64,000 nucleotides of DNA, from NCBI RefSeq assembly GCF_009914755.1, contig NC_060926.1. One strand, given 5' to 3'. Positions 25,811 to 39,898 of the stretch are shown here, piece by piece. This DNA comes from the human T2T-CHM13v2.0 reference genome, Homo sapiens. Both the position numbers and the translations under genes were made by a program. The stretch's first letter is position 1, and every line of letters starts with the position of its first letter. A model generated the notes under the pieces. That model searched no databases. It worked only from the letters and a program-made list of their open reading frames with translations, and was not told the DNA's origin.

Positions 25811-28262
25811 CCTGGTTTGCCTTTCTCTATTTTACCTTTCCTCTAATTCTACCTGATTTCTTCCTTGTCAGTGAAGTCCCCTTTCTAACCAGACCAGAGA
25901 AGCCCACTCTTCGGTGTACCTGTTACTCTTATTATCTGTGTTACTCATTTGGAACCTACCATATACTGCCAAGTATTTCATACTCCTTGTTACCCACTTT
26001 TCTACTTACGTTTATATCTGTCCTAGTGTTTATATCTGTCTTCTGTCCATCTTAGTACCTGAGGCATGTGTGTATGTATTGACTTTTTGCATGTTTTTGT
26101 TAAATTTTAACCTCTTAAGATCTGAGTCTACCTCTCCATTACCTGCAGCTTTAACTAAGAGTTGAAACTCAAAGATGTCATTAATATAAATGAGTAACAT
26201 AATGACACAGTTACCTTATTCTGGGGGATTAAACCCTCCTTAAATCGCATACTTAATGATCAAGATAAGAATCTTTTAAGTTATGTGCAATAAATTTTTA
26301 GCAAGCACTTTATTACATCTTAATGCAATCTAAGTATTTAAACATCACAGATGCCAAATTAGACTGTATTTATTAAGCTAGGTTTTGACAAACACTAAGC
26401 TAAATAAGGCATCATGCTCATGCTCAATACTTTATTCGTTCCTTAAGTTTCAGAATTAAATGTGCCATCCTTTTAAGTTATAAACCATTTGTGATTATTT
26501 TTGAAATGCTTATTTTAAAATAGAAGAAAACTTTCCAAGCAAGCATTTTCTTTCCTCAGGAAAAGGAATTTGTGTCTAGACAAGAGCAGATGGATGCTCC
26601 CTGATTCTTTTAGGGTAGTTGTCGTGAATGGAATTTAGAGAGTTTTTTTTTTTTTTTTTTACCCCCTCCTTCTAGGCAGTCCTTTTTCATCTTTTATCAA
26701 ACAATTCATCTCATGGGTTATGTATTGCCTTCTGGAACTTAAATTTGATTTATGTTTGAAATATACATTTATAATTTTCCCAACATGAATTTATGGAAAT
26801 GGCAGCCTTTAGAAACTCCCACAGAGGTAACAGATGATTGACTCGGATGAAAGAAAGTCCAAGAATGTATGCAGGAAGAATTGGGACTGGCCAAGATGAT
26901 GATAGTTGTCTGGAGAGGTAGAAACAGCTGACAAATAGCAGCAAATATGGAGCAGATTAAGCCAGGGTACTGTTGTTCTTGCTCCTGGATTCCAATTTTC
27001 AACTTCGAACCTGATGTCTCAAGACAGAAGAGAAGCTAGTATATCATTGGTCTAGGCAGAGGAAGATTGAAATTTAGAGAAAGTATGTAAGGTTTATTTC
27101 TACATTGCCTCTGCTACATTTTAAAAAAGCATTTGAAGACACTTAAGATTTAAATTCAATCAAGTGATGTAAATTAAATAATTAAAGTGGTGTAAATATG
27201 AGATAGAAAGGAAATAGTTTCAAGAGAATATTGGATGAAACTGGGTGGCTGAGTAGAAACTGTGTTTCTACTGGGCTAGGCAAGCTGAGTTTGAATTGTT
27301 TTGTTTTTATTTTCTGGAAGTTACTACTTTGTTGGTAAAGGCTTTCAAAGACTTTCTTTCCTCATGGATCTGGGGAGGTCATAATGGAACACCATGTTTA
27401 ACATTGGCCTTCTTGGCAAGCAAGATAAAAAGCAAAGTTCTAGGAGCAAGTTTATCAAATCTTGTCCTGAGGGCAGATTATTTCACAGGAAATTCCTTAT
27501 TAAAAATGCAACACTGTCACCAGGATGATACGGGGCTGCTGAGGGGAGAGAAGGGCATAGAACTGGGGAAGCTCAGTTTGCAAAACAAATTGTACCAACT
27601 TCCCGGTTTTCAGATTCAGCACTAATTGGTGTGCTGTGTCCCATTATGCTCACCTTTTTTTTTTTTCCATGGTGAATCGTGTGGTTGTACCTCCAAGTTC
27701 TTTCCAAAAGAGACTAGGTGATTTTGCCTGGTAGAAACAAACAGTGTGTGCATGGGTAAATGCAGAAAGTCATGGTGTGAAGACAGCCCCAAGAAGCATT
27801 TACTGTGGCTCTTTCATGTGCTAGGCAGTGTGGTAATCATCTGACATGCATCCTACTTGTTTGTAAGTGCCTCCAAAGCATAATGTATTTGTGTTATTTA
27901 CCACTCGATTCCCGATTCCCGGTGCCTAGAGTACTGCTTAGATTTGCATATAAAATTTAGTAATAAACTTGTTGAATGTATTTCTGATCTTTATGTAAAC
28001 CCTGAAGGGCAATGATCATTATTTCTGTTTTATACTGAGTAAACTGAGGCTTAAATTGGTTTAATAACGTGTAAAATTAAATATCAAGATTCATTTACAC
28101 ATTTTCCTGGAACCAATAAATATGCTTGAAACGTAGATCAAGCATCGTTGCTACAATTAAACAGAAATTTTCATGTGTCCTGCTAGCTAGTTTTTTACCA
28201 ATATTTTTACTTAGGGCATAGCTATTTTTACTGATAGTTTTACTTATGGCATAGCATACTAC

Positions 28263-28569
28263 ATTAGTTATATATTTCTGTGTAACAAATTACCCGCAAA
28301 TTTAACTTGCCACGTGGGCTTTTCTTTAGAGCAGCTTACAACATGGCAACTGTCTTCCATCAGAGTTAAGTAACCAAGATAGTAAGAAAACAGAAGCCAG
28401 CATCATTTTTCATTTCAGAAGTGGCATCCCATCTTTTTTTGCCATATTCTGTTGGTTAGAAGTGAATTACTAGTTCCAGCTCACATTCAAGGTTGAGGGG
28501 ATTACACAAAGGCATGAATACCAGGAGAAGAGGAATCACTGGGGGCCCTCTCAGAGGCATCTGTCACAC
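28263..28569 (-). mobile_element. MLT1 (F/H-like) MaLR LTR fragment
   Basis: ctgtgtaacaaattacc...caacatggcaactg...ttgccatattctgttggttagaagtga...acaaaggcatgaataccagg. Confidence 0.7.
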
Positions 28570-30697
28570 ATACATATTTGCAAATACATGAGGATAGGAG
28601 AGACCATAAGGGTAATGAATGGCATAACTGGATAAAACAGTCCTAGGGTGTGTGGACAAATCCCACAACATGGACTTAATAAGGACATATTCAAATGCTG
28701 GTATAATAGCCCTATTACCTTGTGCAGTGGCATTTAGAGCACAAAAGATCCACTGAGGCAATATGAAGCCATACAGTATGTGGACAGGAGGGGACAGAGG
28801 AATAACAGAGCTAGATCGTGGAGAAGGAAGGGCCTAGATTCATTCAAGGTGATTGGAGAAGTGGGTTGGAGTCAAAGAGAACAGATAAGAGTCAGGGAAT
28901 GGTACATAGACAAAGCTGGTACATAATTCAAAGATCAGTGTGCATGCCAAAGGGAATAAAAAACTAATGGCATCATCAGGAAAAATTCTATTTGACTTAG
29001 GTTTAGAGATTCGAACATTAATTGAAGAAGCTCTTTAGCCTGTGGTGTCAGAAGTCATAACCAAGATTCGAGTGCATGTGTGTAAAATTAGGGGTGGAAG
29101 TGAAAGCTCTGAACAGTGTACGAACCCTTAGCCAAGGGCTTTAATGAGATTCCAGCCATCCTCGTACCTCCTAGGGAAGGCACACACCTATAAATACATA
29201 TGGAAATGAAATAGTCACTATTTGCGAAGTAGACGTATAGATCCATTTGCCTAGTAGGTAATGCTCCCACCCAAACATCTCTAAAAAGATTCTGAGCTGA
29301 GGATTTTTAAAGTCCCCCGTGTAGGGGTGAATTGGGGGAATACTTAAAGACCTTCTATTAATTTATGATCATGACATTCGTTACTAAAATCACTAATATA
29401 AAATGGTGGCCAGCTTCTATGATTTGTCATCTGTTCTTAAGTGGAACTAAAGGGAGAGATGTGTTATGGCTTCAGTTTGGGGTAGTTTCTACTTCTACAT
29501 TGACTGTGAATTGGAACTTCAGACTCGGTCTTCTTACAACTGATTATGCTTCATGGATGTGTGGAATTGTCAAGGCACACCCCGTGCCTTATAGATGCCA
29601 GTCAGAGTCCCCTTTGGGCAACTTTAGGGCCCCAGTAGTTGATATCACACTCTCTTTTACCCTTTTTTCCTCTCTTCTGTCATCTAATTAGGGGGCCTCC
29701 TGAATAATCCCTTAGCAGTGTCTGACAGGAACCATTTTTGGGAAAGAATACTTTACCTGTAGAAATAACATCAAACATCACTTACCTGGTATAGGGGACA
29801 CTGGAATGGCCCCACAGTGATCCTCCAAATTAATATTTTCTGGCTCCAATTACTCTGATTTTTCCCTAATCTTTACCGAATTCCAACTGTTACAGTAGAG
29901 GCTCAGTGACTGTCTGTGATGGGGGGAGGATATTGTACTAATTCCTGCACAGGAATTAGCTGCAATTCCATCCCTGTCGTGATATTTTATGTTATTTTTA
30001 GATTCCTTTCAATGCTCTTTTTTTTATTTTATGTTAACAGTTACTAAACTGTTTATCTCTCTCGAACAGGGGCTTTGTCTATTTTCTTTTCTCTATGCTC
30101 CATAATAAAATTTGTGCAAGAAACACACTCAGAGTGTGTTGGATGACTGCATCACCACAGTTGGGTGACCCCTGTGCATGCAGATGTGCTTGACTGGCCT
30201 TGGCGAACTAGTTGAGAATAGAATTATGAATCTTTCTTGCTCAATGGTGATGCTCCTTCTGAAGAAGCAGAGTCCTGAAAGAATCCTGAGCTCAGGTTTC
30301 TGAAAGGTCCCTACAGACCAAACCCAGAATGCCCACTAATCACTTGTTAAATGACTCGTGATACTTTTTAATAAAATTACTGAACCAATGCTAAATGATG
30401 GGCAGAAAAAGAGAGACTTGTTATGTGAAATGTGATGCTACTCACTTTGTCCGTGAAATACTGGATGACAAAGGAGTTCTTCATCTTAATTTTCCCCATT
30501 TATTCCTGTCCTATTCTTTTACTTCTTATCCTTCTCTACCCAACTGGATAGATTGTCTGTGCTAGAAGCAGGACAAGGGTTTAAATGCAAAGAATGAAGC
30601 AGAGATGGTCTCTGCCTGAAGGCGATTCATATGTGAAACAGTTGACATACAGAAATACCGATGAACTAGCCTAATACAGTATACTGAGTGCTATAAT

Positions 30698-30698
30698 G

Positions 30699-30735
<37 letters not shown>
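30698..30735. repeat. (GT)n microsatellite
   Basis: Read directly. Confidence 0.9.
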
Positions 30736-30737
<2 letters not shown>

Positions 30738-31697
30738 ATTAGGATGCTATAAAATTACAGAGAATTGTAGAGAACTGTCTACTTTGGGTTCTGAGGATTA
30801 AAGAAGGCTTCACAATGGCAATTAGTTCTACACTGGAGATTGAAGATTGAGTAGGAGTTCACCTGGGCCAAAGACGAGTATGTACATTTCAGTATGAGAA
30901 AATAAATCATTCATGGATATGTTGCTGTGGGTCCATTTCATATTTGGAGATATTGAAGTTAAAGTCTGTCTAACTGGAACATTTGAGAATATGTGGTAAT
31001 AAGGGGTGAGACAGAAAGACACAAGAACCATATAGGCAGATAATAGATGCTTTTTGTGTTTGTTTCTTGATAAAGAGGTTTTATAGTTCTCTGTAGTATA
31101 GGGAATCATTGGAATACTTAAAGCAGGGGTAAGGACCTTTTATATACCTGAGGGTAGCGAGGTTACCTGACTCTTCATCTCTGCTACCTTTGGTTGACCT
31201 TGCATTTTGCCCTTTGGGTTGTCAGCAGTCCTATTTGAATATTTAACACAACTTCTCATTCATTTAACTGACTCACCCTGTGTTCTGAAACTTCATCCCT
31301 GACGTCTCTCAGGAGAATTTATTCCAGAACTTTCTCACCTCTGGTTTAGGATCTCGATCAACACTAGAATGATGCGACCTTGATTTTTATATGCATACTT
31401 AACTCTGATTTCATTACTCCTAGGGATATCATCGTTTTGTGGCCTAGTGTGTGCGCTGCATACAGAAATATAGCTAGAATTCAAAAGTTTATCTCTGAAT
31501 TTGATCACCCTTTCAGACATAAGCTATTAAGAACAAATCAGCATTTCTGATAAATAACTGTAAAGTGGTGCCTACAGTTTTTGGATGTAATTCAGAAAGC
31601 AGAAAGAAGCTTCTATTTATATTCCTATATCAAAAACTCTGTTAATACACAATGTGTGCATCACAAAGGCAATGCTGCGTTTTGTCCTAATTAGTGA

Positions 31698-32079
<382 letters not shown>

Positions 32080-32130
32080 TAGATTTTTTAGACATTACCA
32101 AAGTATTAGAAAAATTAATAGTCAACCTAA

Positions 32131-32496
<366 letters not shown>

Positions 32497-33160
32497 TAAA
32501 GGCAGAATAGGATAAGACCGAATGAGCGAAGAGCAGCAATGTGGAGAGCAGAGGTATTGGTGATTAAAGAACAGTAGCAGTTGACCAATCCCTAAATAAA
32601 TATTGAACTGTGCTTAGGATTGGTCTCAGAGAAAGAGTTTCTTAGGGGTCAGACCCAGAAAAACACTGACTTATGGTAAGGAAAAAAATAGATGTCTTGT
32701 CAGTTACAGTAAATATAATGAATTGAATGAGTTCGAGTTTTATGTTTTACTGGCCAAAGAATATAATAAGATGGTTTAAATATTAAGGCTCAATTGCACT
32801 CTGAGCCTCTATTTTAAAAATAAAGAACTTGTACCCTCTCCCCTATCGTTTTTTTCTTCCTTGAAAGGTCGATGGTAGTTCTGTTCCAATCTCTTCATAA
32901 AAATTCATTGTTTCTGCCACTTCTGACAACCCCAGGTCAATAACACTGTTGTTTATACCAAAATCCTACCATCCAAATCTCACTAGAGAGATAATGTATG
33001 CCATGCTGGTGCAAATAGAATCCTCTTCTCCAAACTGTATGTCACAGCATTACTAGATGTATTCTGAGTTGCAGAGCATCCCCTATGAAGTCCATTTAGG
33101 TTTTAGCTTTCTCCTCTCACCCTTGCGGGAAGTATCAGGCCAGGAGGTGGTTTTAGCGAG

Positions 33161-33196
33161 ATGGCAAAAACCGCATTTATTTTTGCACCAACCTAA
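33161..33196. mobile_element. Half MADE1 (Hsmar1-derived MITE)
   Basis: atggcaaaaaccgcatttatttttgcaccaacctaa|ta is one mariner TIR followed by the TA target. Confidence 0.8.
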
Positions 33197-36100
33197 TAGC
33201 ATGTCACCTTCTACGTTGTCCTCCTCCCCATCTCTTCCTCAGGGTGACCTTGCCACAAACAAAGCAACACCATAACCTTTTTCACCCCTTTATATTCGAG
33301 AAAGGTCTTCATGCAAATAGAGGTGTGTTCATGCAGGTTGGGGTCTGAGCGGTGGGCATTTTCCCACTCAACTTCTTAGTTGGCAGTTACTAAGGCAGAA
33401 TATTAAGTGTTTGATCACAGTCATAATGTCTGAGGGACTTCCTCACTTAATGATATTGTTCAGATCGGTTTCTATCATGTTGTGGGCCATGTGATAGAAC
33501 TTTATTTTTTCAGAGCCCAGTTCTATAAGAAGTACAACCTTGAGAATAATTTGATTTCTTTTTAAACATGTGAATTATGAAAAGATTCAAAGATACAAAA
33601 AGAACAAAGACTAATAAAACAAATGTCTCTCCTTCCATCTCAAAGGTAACTACTATATTTAAAGTGGTATATATCCTTTTAGAACATGTAAGAACATGTA
33701 CAAATGTATATGTTTAAATAATGCACAGTTTTCATTTGTGTATTTAAAAATTTTTCACAAACGATGTTTCTTTTCCTACTCACACGATATTGTTTTTCCC
33801 ACTCGAACTTTGACCTCAGGGCTTATTCACTTTAATATATTGACTGTCCCCTGACTCACATCCCTAAGTCTGTTTTATCCCACCCAGATGTACTGTCTGT
33901 GGATCTGCAGTTAGCATATCAAAGTGGTTCCTGAGTTGGAGGATTCAGAATAGGGCTGGGGTAGAGCCTGTAGACAGAGCTCCCTTAAAGCAATTATTTT
34001 CATTCTCAGGTTTTGTATAATTTTCTTCTTAACTCTTTGAATATATAACCTAGCAGGAAACAACTGTCTCTATGGTTATAGAGACACAAAAACATTTTTG
34101 TGACTCCAATGTACAATTACTTACCCCTCCTAATCAGCATTTCTTTAGAAGTTAATATTTGGCCAAGCCCCTAGAGAATGCCCCAAATCACAGGGAGTGG
34201 ATTTTACTAGATTTTGTCAAAGCACTTGCCGAAATGATGTGTAACCATTGTTCTCCCATCTGTAGTAGAAGGGTACCATTGTGTCTGCATGCTCAATATG
34301 ATTAATATTATTATGCTTTAATTTGTTTACCTATGCCTATAAGTATGAAATTACATCTCATTGTTTGCATTATTTCTCTGATTATGGGTGAAGTCTTACT
34401 GTGTATTTATCAGCAATATGGATTGCTTTTCTGTGAACTGAGTGTACTAATTCTTTGTCAATTTTTAATATTTTTCCGTATTGATTTGTGGGATTAGTCT
34501 ATTTATTTTATATACATGTAGGAGTACTAATTCTTTATCAGTTATATCCATAGGGATAAACAGTTTTATGCCTCTGAAAGCTCCCTTGTAGTATTACATA
34601 GAACTATAACATCACTGATGGTCATACTTATGGCAACGTAGACACCGTGGAGTGGCATTAATATAACTCAGTTTAAGAAAGAGGGAACTTGTAATTATAT
34701 TTAAGAAGATACTTATTCTCAAATTCTAATATGTACAAAAATAATTTCATGCTCACTATTGAGTCATTTAAAAAAGTTTATTCCCAACACGAATAACTCA
34801 AATAGTCTGAGTTTAATGCAGTGGTTTTTAGAAATATAGTTTTATTTGATTCATATTTGTGGCAGTACAGCTTAATATTTCCCAAATTCTTTTATCTAAA
34901 TATAGCTTAAAAGCCCAAATGAAAAATTCAAGTAATATAGAGAACCAATTATAGTAATTCATCCATAGAAGGAGATTTCCCCATGCATGCTGTGGTTTCG
35001 GTAATTTCTACTAAAGTGTGGGCACACAGTTTTCCTCTAACCCTGCTGTCTCCCCCTCCTTTTTTAAGTCTGTCTTTTCCTGGTAGAAATACATTTTTCC
35101 AGGAATGTTTTATCTTGAATACTCTGACCCTACAGAGTAAAGTAATTTAGCAGAATTTCTCACAGAGGGATTAAAATGGATATTAAAGTATCCACAGAGG
35201 ATGAAAGTGAGTATAAAGAGGAATCAGGCATGAAAGTTCAGGAATGGAAATAGATGAATGATGTTTCTATTTTATCATCCTTGTAAATAAAACGAATATG
35301 CTTTTGGCTTTCATTTACTATACAAATTGATTGTTACAGGATAAAAGCTGAGAAAATTGAATTATAATTTTTGAGAATCAGTGAATCAGCAGCATCTTTT
35401 AAGAAGTTAGTGGAGGTGTTCCAGACGCTCCGCTGAGTTTACTTTCCACTAATCTCTAGGGTGTGTGCAGGATCCCTGTGAAAATAACGAAGTGTCAGCA
35501 TTTTAGAAATTTATATACGTATGCTCTTTCACATCCGGGTGGTCCTGGTAAGATGGAACACTTTATCTTTGAGCCCATTGGTCTTCTCTTTCCATAGGAC
35601 ATTCTGCTGAAATGTCCCGTGTCTGTCTCCCTCTTTTCTATTACACACTCCTTCCCCATCTTCCCTTGCTCCACCCTCCCCTCCCCCATGTCTCAAGTCC
35701 AGCATTTCTGACAAAAGTGGGAAGGGTTGTATCATTTCATCCACATTTGATTGTGAAGCCATTTGGGTTAAGGTCTGCTACTCACCAGCTATGACTGTAA
35801 CATCCGATATTAGTTAAATATTTATTGATACTTCCAAAGGGCCAGATTCCACCCAAAACTTTTTTGCATTTTCCCACTGAATCACGAAGTAGAATTTTAT
35901 TACATTTTATAGACAAAGAAACAGGTTAAAACGTGGCCAAGGATTTACAGTAACCAGTAACCAGCAGCAACCAGCAGAAATGCAACTCAGTTTGGGGTTA
36001 GGGTAACATGAAAACTATATTCACACACTACACCACACTACTGTGGGCAGGTTTTAAAAACTTTGTCTTTTGCAAACCATCACCATGCATAGAATAACAA

Positions 36101-36300
36101 TTGGGAAAGTTTCCTTTCCCTGCTCCTGAGGTAACTGTCATAAAGACTACTAAATTGGGCTCACTTCAAACTGGACAGATGAGTGTCTTGCTCCACTTAA
36201 CTTTTAGAATGCCCGAGGACCTGCCACTTCGCCCAAGAGCTGGAATAAGAGGTAGTGAGAGAGAAATTGCCTAATCCTCTGCTTTTTATTTTTAACCCAG

Positions 36301-36452
36301 TGATGCCACGCTTCGCTGAACAAGTAGAGGTTGCCATTGAAGCCCTGAGTGCCAACGTTCCTCAACCGTTTGAGGAGAATGAGTTCATCGATGCCTCTCG
36401 CCTGGTGTATGATGGCGTTCGGGACATCAGAAAGGCTGTGCTGATGATCAGG
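36301..36452 (+). CDS. CTNNA2: CTNNA2 coding exon (~exon 13), 152 nt, phase 1-0: (V)MPRFAEQVEVAIEALSANVPQPFEENEFIDASRLVYDGVRDIRKAVLMIR
   Basis: Acceptor tttaacccag|TG, donor AGG|gtatgt; lies inside ORF 36255..36506. Confidence 0.96.
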
Positions 36453-38656
36453 GTATGTGAGGCCTCTGTAGCTCAGAGCTGGTCAGATCTCCTAGTAGGA
36501 AACTAAAGAGCTAACTGTCTTATTTATTATTTATTTTGTAATTACTGAGTTTAACTTGGTAAGCTGTTTGGCTCCTTATTAGTCAGACAAGGTGAGCTTT
36601 ATACTTATGAAGGGATGAGTAATATCAACAAGCTCAAGTGAGCACTGAATATTCTGAAGGGCAACACCCTGCCTACTTGTTGCATGCATTACTTCCTCAG
36701 TTTCATACAACCTTTAGGCATACCCCTGCTATTTTCCATTTGTATCTCTTGCTAACACTCTTCCCATCAGGATCTGAAGACCATGGGCTGGAAAGAAATG
36801 AAGATTACACAGCATAGTAGTGTTTATAATAACACATAATAGTAACAGTTATTATCATGCAACTATGAAGTGATACATAATTACATTCTCTTTGTATAAA
36901 AATAATTCAGACATTATAAATAAGGCTGGATAGCCTAACATCAAACCTCTTATTACCCACTCCACTATCTTCCCATCTTCAGACTTCTGTTGTTAGGTAG
37001 GTGTGTCTTCCAAAATGTTGTCTAAATAATTAATATATATATTCACAGGCCTAGAAAATATATATTGTAGTTGATTTAAAAACTCATACAGCATCATTTG
37101 CAACTTTTTGTTCACCCACAAGGCACATTCACATATGTCTGTTAAGACATCTAGCTAACCTCATTTTATTTAACTGCTGTATAATCCATTATAAGATGAC
37201 TTTTTTCTCCTTATCTTACCAACAGTTTAGCATAGTAATGTCCAAACATATTTATTAGCCACATAATAATCTTTATTTCTTCAAATATACTGCATATGCA
37301 AAAGCACATTTATTGCTATTATATTTGAAGCAGAGGTGGGGCTTCTGCAGTTCTAATCCCAAAAGCATGCTGTCCAGTAGAATGGTATCCACACTTGTAA
37401 CTTAAAATATTCTAGTAAACACACTACAAAAGCAAAAAGATGAAATTAATTATAATTTTAAAAATTTATTTAACCAAATGTATCCAAAATATCATTTTGT
37501 GGCACACTATGGTGTTTTGTTTGGCACGGAGCCTAAATCTTTCTCTCTCTTTCTTTCTGGGTGTGTGTGCGTGTATGTGTGTGTAAGAGAGGGAGAGAGA
37601 TGCCTAGAAATATGGGAGGGGGACAGAGAAAAGAGATATAAGAATTGGAAGAGAGGGCAAGGAAAGATAGTCAGCCTTTTAGGCCCATAAGAAATTAGAT
37701 CATTTTTGTACTAACTTGTGAAATAAAGTAATAGACCATGAGAATTGTATTTTCAAAGCATTTGGTACTAAATCCCACTGTAATCCTCAAGATATATTCC
37801 CTCTTTTGCCATTTTTCTGCTTTGCTGGCCTTCACATGTTTGTCACAACCATTCACCTAGGAGGATGAGAAAGTTTATAGCCATCATTCACTTACTAATT
37901 CATGAGCTGTAACACACACACACACATACACACACACAATTTTAGATAAAATGTCGTATCTTTGTCACATAAAGTGTCATTTCTCTATCTCGACATTTCA
38001 AGTAGTTTGATTAGACGGATTTCACACCACTTAAAATTTAGGAGGAGAGAAATGTACAGTATGTACAAATTGTTATTTTTAAAATCCTTCTCCATTCAGC
38101 ACCCAAATGGCTTCATTTTGCACTTAAATAATTTCTTGGTTTTCTTTCTGAATGTAATGATTGAGTCTACTTTAAAAAATCCCTTGTGCTAAGGAAGATA
38201 AACAATAAGACAAGTAGAATTGTTTCTTTCCCAAAACATTTGACCATACCTCCTTCCCTCCCAAAGGCTGCAAAGAAAGATTTTTCTTTTCCCAAAAACA
38301 ATACAGAAAGGATCCTGAAGGGTCAAATTCTTTATCATCTTGTCTCTTGGCAGTCAATACATATTTAATGGTGATGTTGGTATCCGAGTGCTTGAGGCCA
38401 GCTCCAGGCAACCCTCTGAAGTAGACAAAGCTTGTTCTTACTGTATTCCAGCCTCAGCTGTCAGGACCTCCCTTTTCTGTTGGAGCAATCTACCCCTCTT
38501 CCATGAAACCATTTTTTTTTTTTTTTTGCTTCTTCCTGAGGCTTGTCCATTGGGATCTGTTAGGCACATAGGAATTTTCTGATTATCCCCACAAAGTGGC
38601 TTAAAAATATATATGCAAATCTGGCAGACCAACATATAGTCATTTTTCATTTCTTA

Positions 38657-38843
38657 CAGTAGTTAGTGTTCTACAAATTCACTGTGAACACGAAATTTGT
38701 GAATCTTGAATCATTGCTTCTAGGAGAAATACAGGGTTAGGTTACTGTGAGCTTCTGGCCACACTTTTATCAACTGATCAATACTTAACCTTGTTTTATG
38801 TGAGTTTGTGTTCAAAGACACCTTCTTTAATATGTATTGTTTT
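38657..38843 (+). mobile_element. MER82 fragment (truncated)
   Basis: Similar to the start of the intact copy at 50127 (ctaggagaaatacaggg...tcaactgatcaata...aaagacac). Confidence 0.75.
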
Positions 38844-38844
38844 T

Positions 38845-39050
38845 TGGGGGAGCCGAGGCAGGTGGATCACCTGAGGTCGGGAGTTTAAGACCAGCCTGGC
38901 CAACATGGTGAAACCCTGTCTCTACTGAAAAAAAAAAAAAAAAAAAAAATACAAAAATCAGCCAGGCATGTTGGCGTGCATCTGTAATCCTAGCTACTTG
39001 GGAGGCTGTGGGAGGAGAATTGCTTGAACCTGGGAGGCGGAGGTTACAGT
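38845..39050 (+). mobile_element. AluS truncated at both ends
   Basis: Runs from gggagccgaggcaggtggatc to ggaggttacagt; no 5' start, A-tail or TSD. Confidence 0.85.
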
Positions 39051-39244
39051 TTAACTTCACGTCTCCCAAACTGTGTATCAAGGTGCCCTGGAGCATTGCC
39101 AGATATTTTAAAATTTCAAGGGTAGCACATAGACATCTCTTGAATTCTGTATGAAATATGTTAATCAACGTGGCCTCTTAAGGTGTCTAGTTTTATTAAT
39201 TAGAAATAGTTCAGTATGATTAAAAATTGGTAATTCTGTCTTGG

Positions 39245-39780
39245 TTATTCATTTATTTGCTGAAAGCTTATTAGATGTCCAAACTTTTGGAGTTGCCCTA
39301 AATACAGGATGAACAAAGCAGACAAAAGTCTCTACCCTCACAGGATTTCTATTCCTCTGGTAGGAGACAGAGAATAAACAAGGAAATATAATGTCAAACA
39401 TTATGCCACAGAGAAAACCAAAGTATCCTAAAGGGGATAGAGCTTCTGGTGGGCATGGATCTCATGAAAGGAGGTACCTGGGTGGCATTTGAGAAGATAC
39501 TGGGAGAAGGAAGAAGAAATAAGCCCTAACGGTACTCAGGTGGAGCATGTTTCCGGCGGAGGAAATGTCAAGTGCAAAGGTTGGAGCCAGGAACTTGACC
39601 TAGAGACCTAAGGACCTTATTGAATGAGTTGGGAGCCACTGGAGGGTTCTGAGCAGGGGAATAGTGTGATCTGACTTAGACCTTAAAAGGACCACCATGG
39701 CCATGCTGGTGAGAACAGAATGTATGGGGCAAGAGCAGAAGCAAGATCAGTTAGGAACCTCCAGAATAATCCAGGCCAGG
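39245..39780 (+). mobile_element. L2 fragment
   Basis: attcatttatttg...gaacaaagcagacaaaagtctctaccctc...gggagccactggagggttctgagcagggg...gatctgactta. Confidence 0.7.
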
Positions 39781-39829
39781 CCAGACTTGCTGGTCGCCAA
39801 TCACTCCTGACTAGGGAGTTTTTTCATTT

Positions 39830-39865
39830 TGTTGTTGTTGTCGTTGTTTTGTTTTTTATTTTTGT

Positions 39866-39897
<32 letters not shown>
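39830..39897. repeat. (GTT)n trinucleotide repeat
   Basis: Read directly; explains the poly-Val/poly-Cys ORF 39720..39929. Confidence 0.9.
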
Positions 39898-39898
<1 letters not shown>

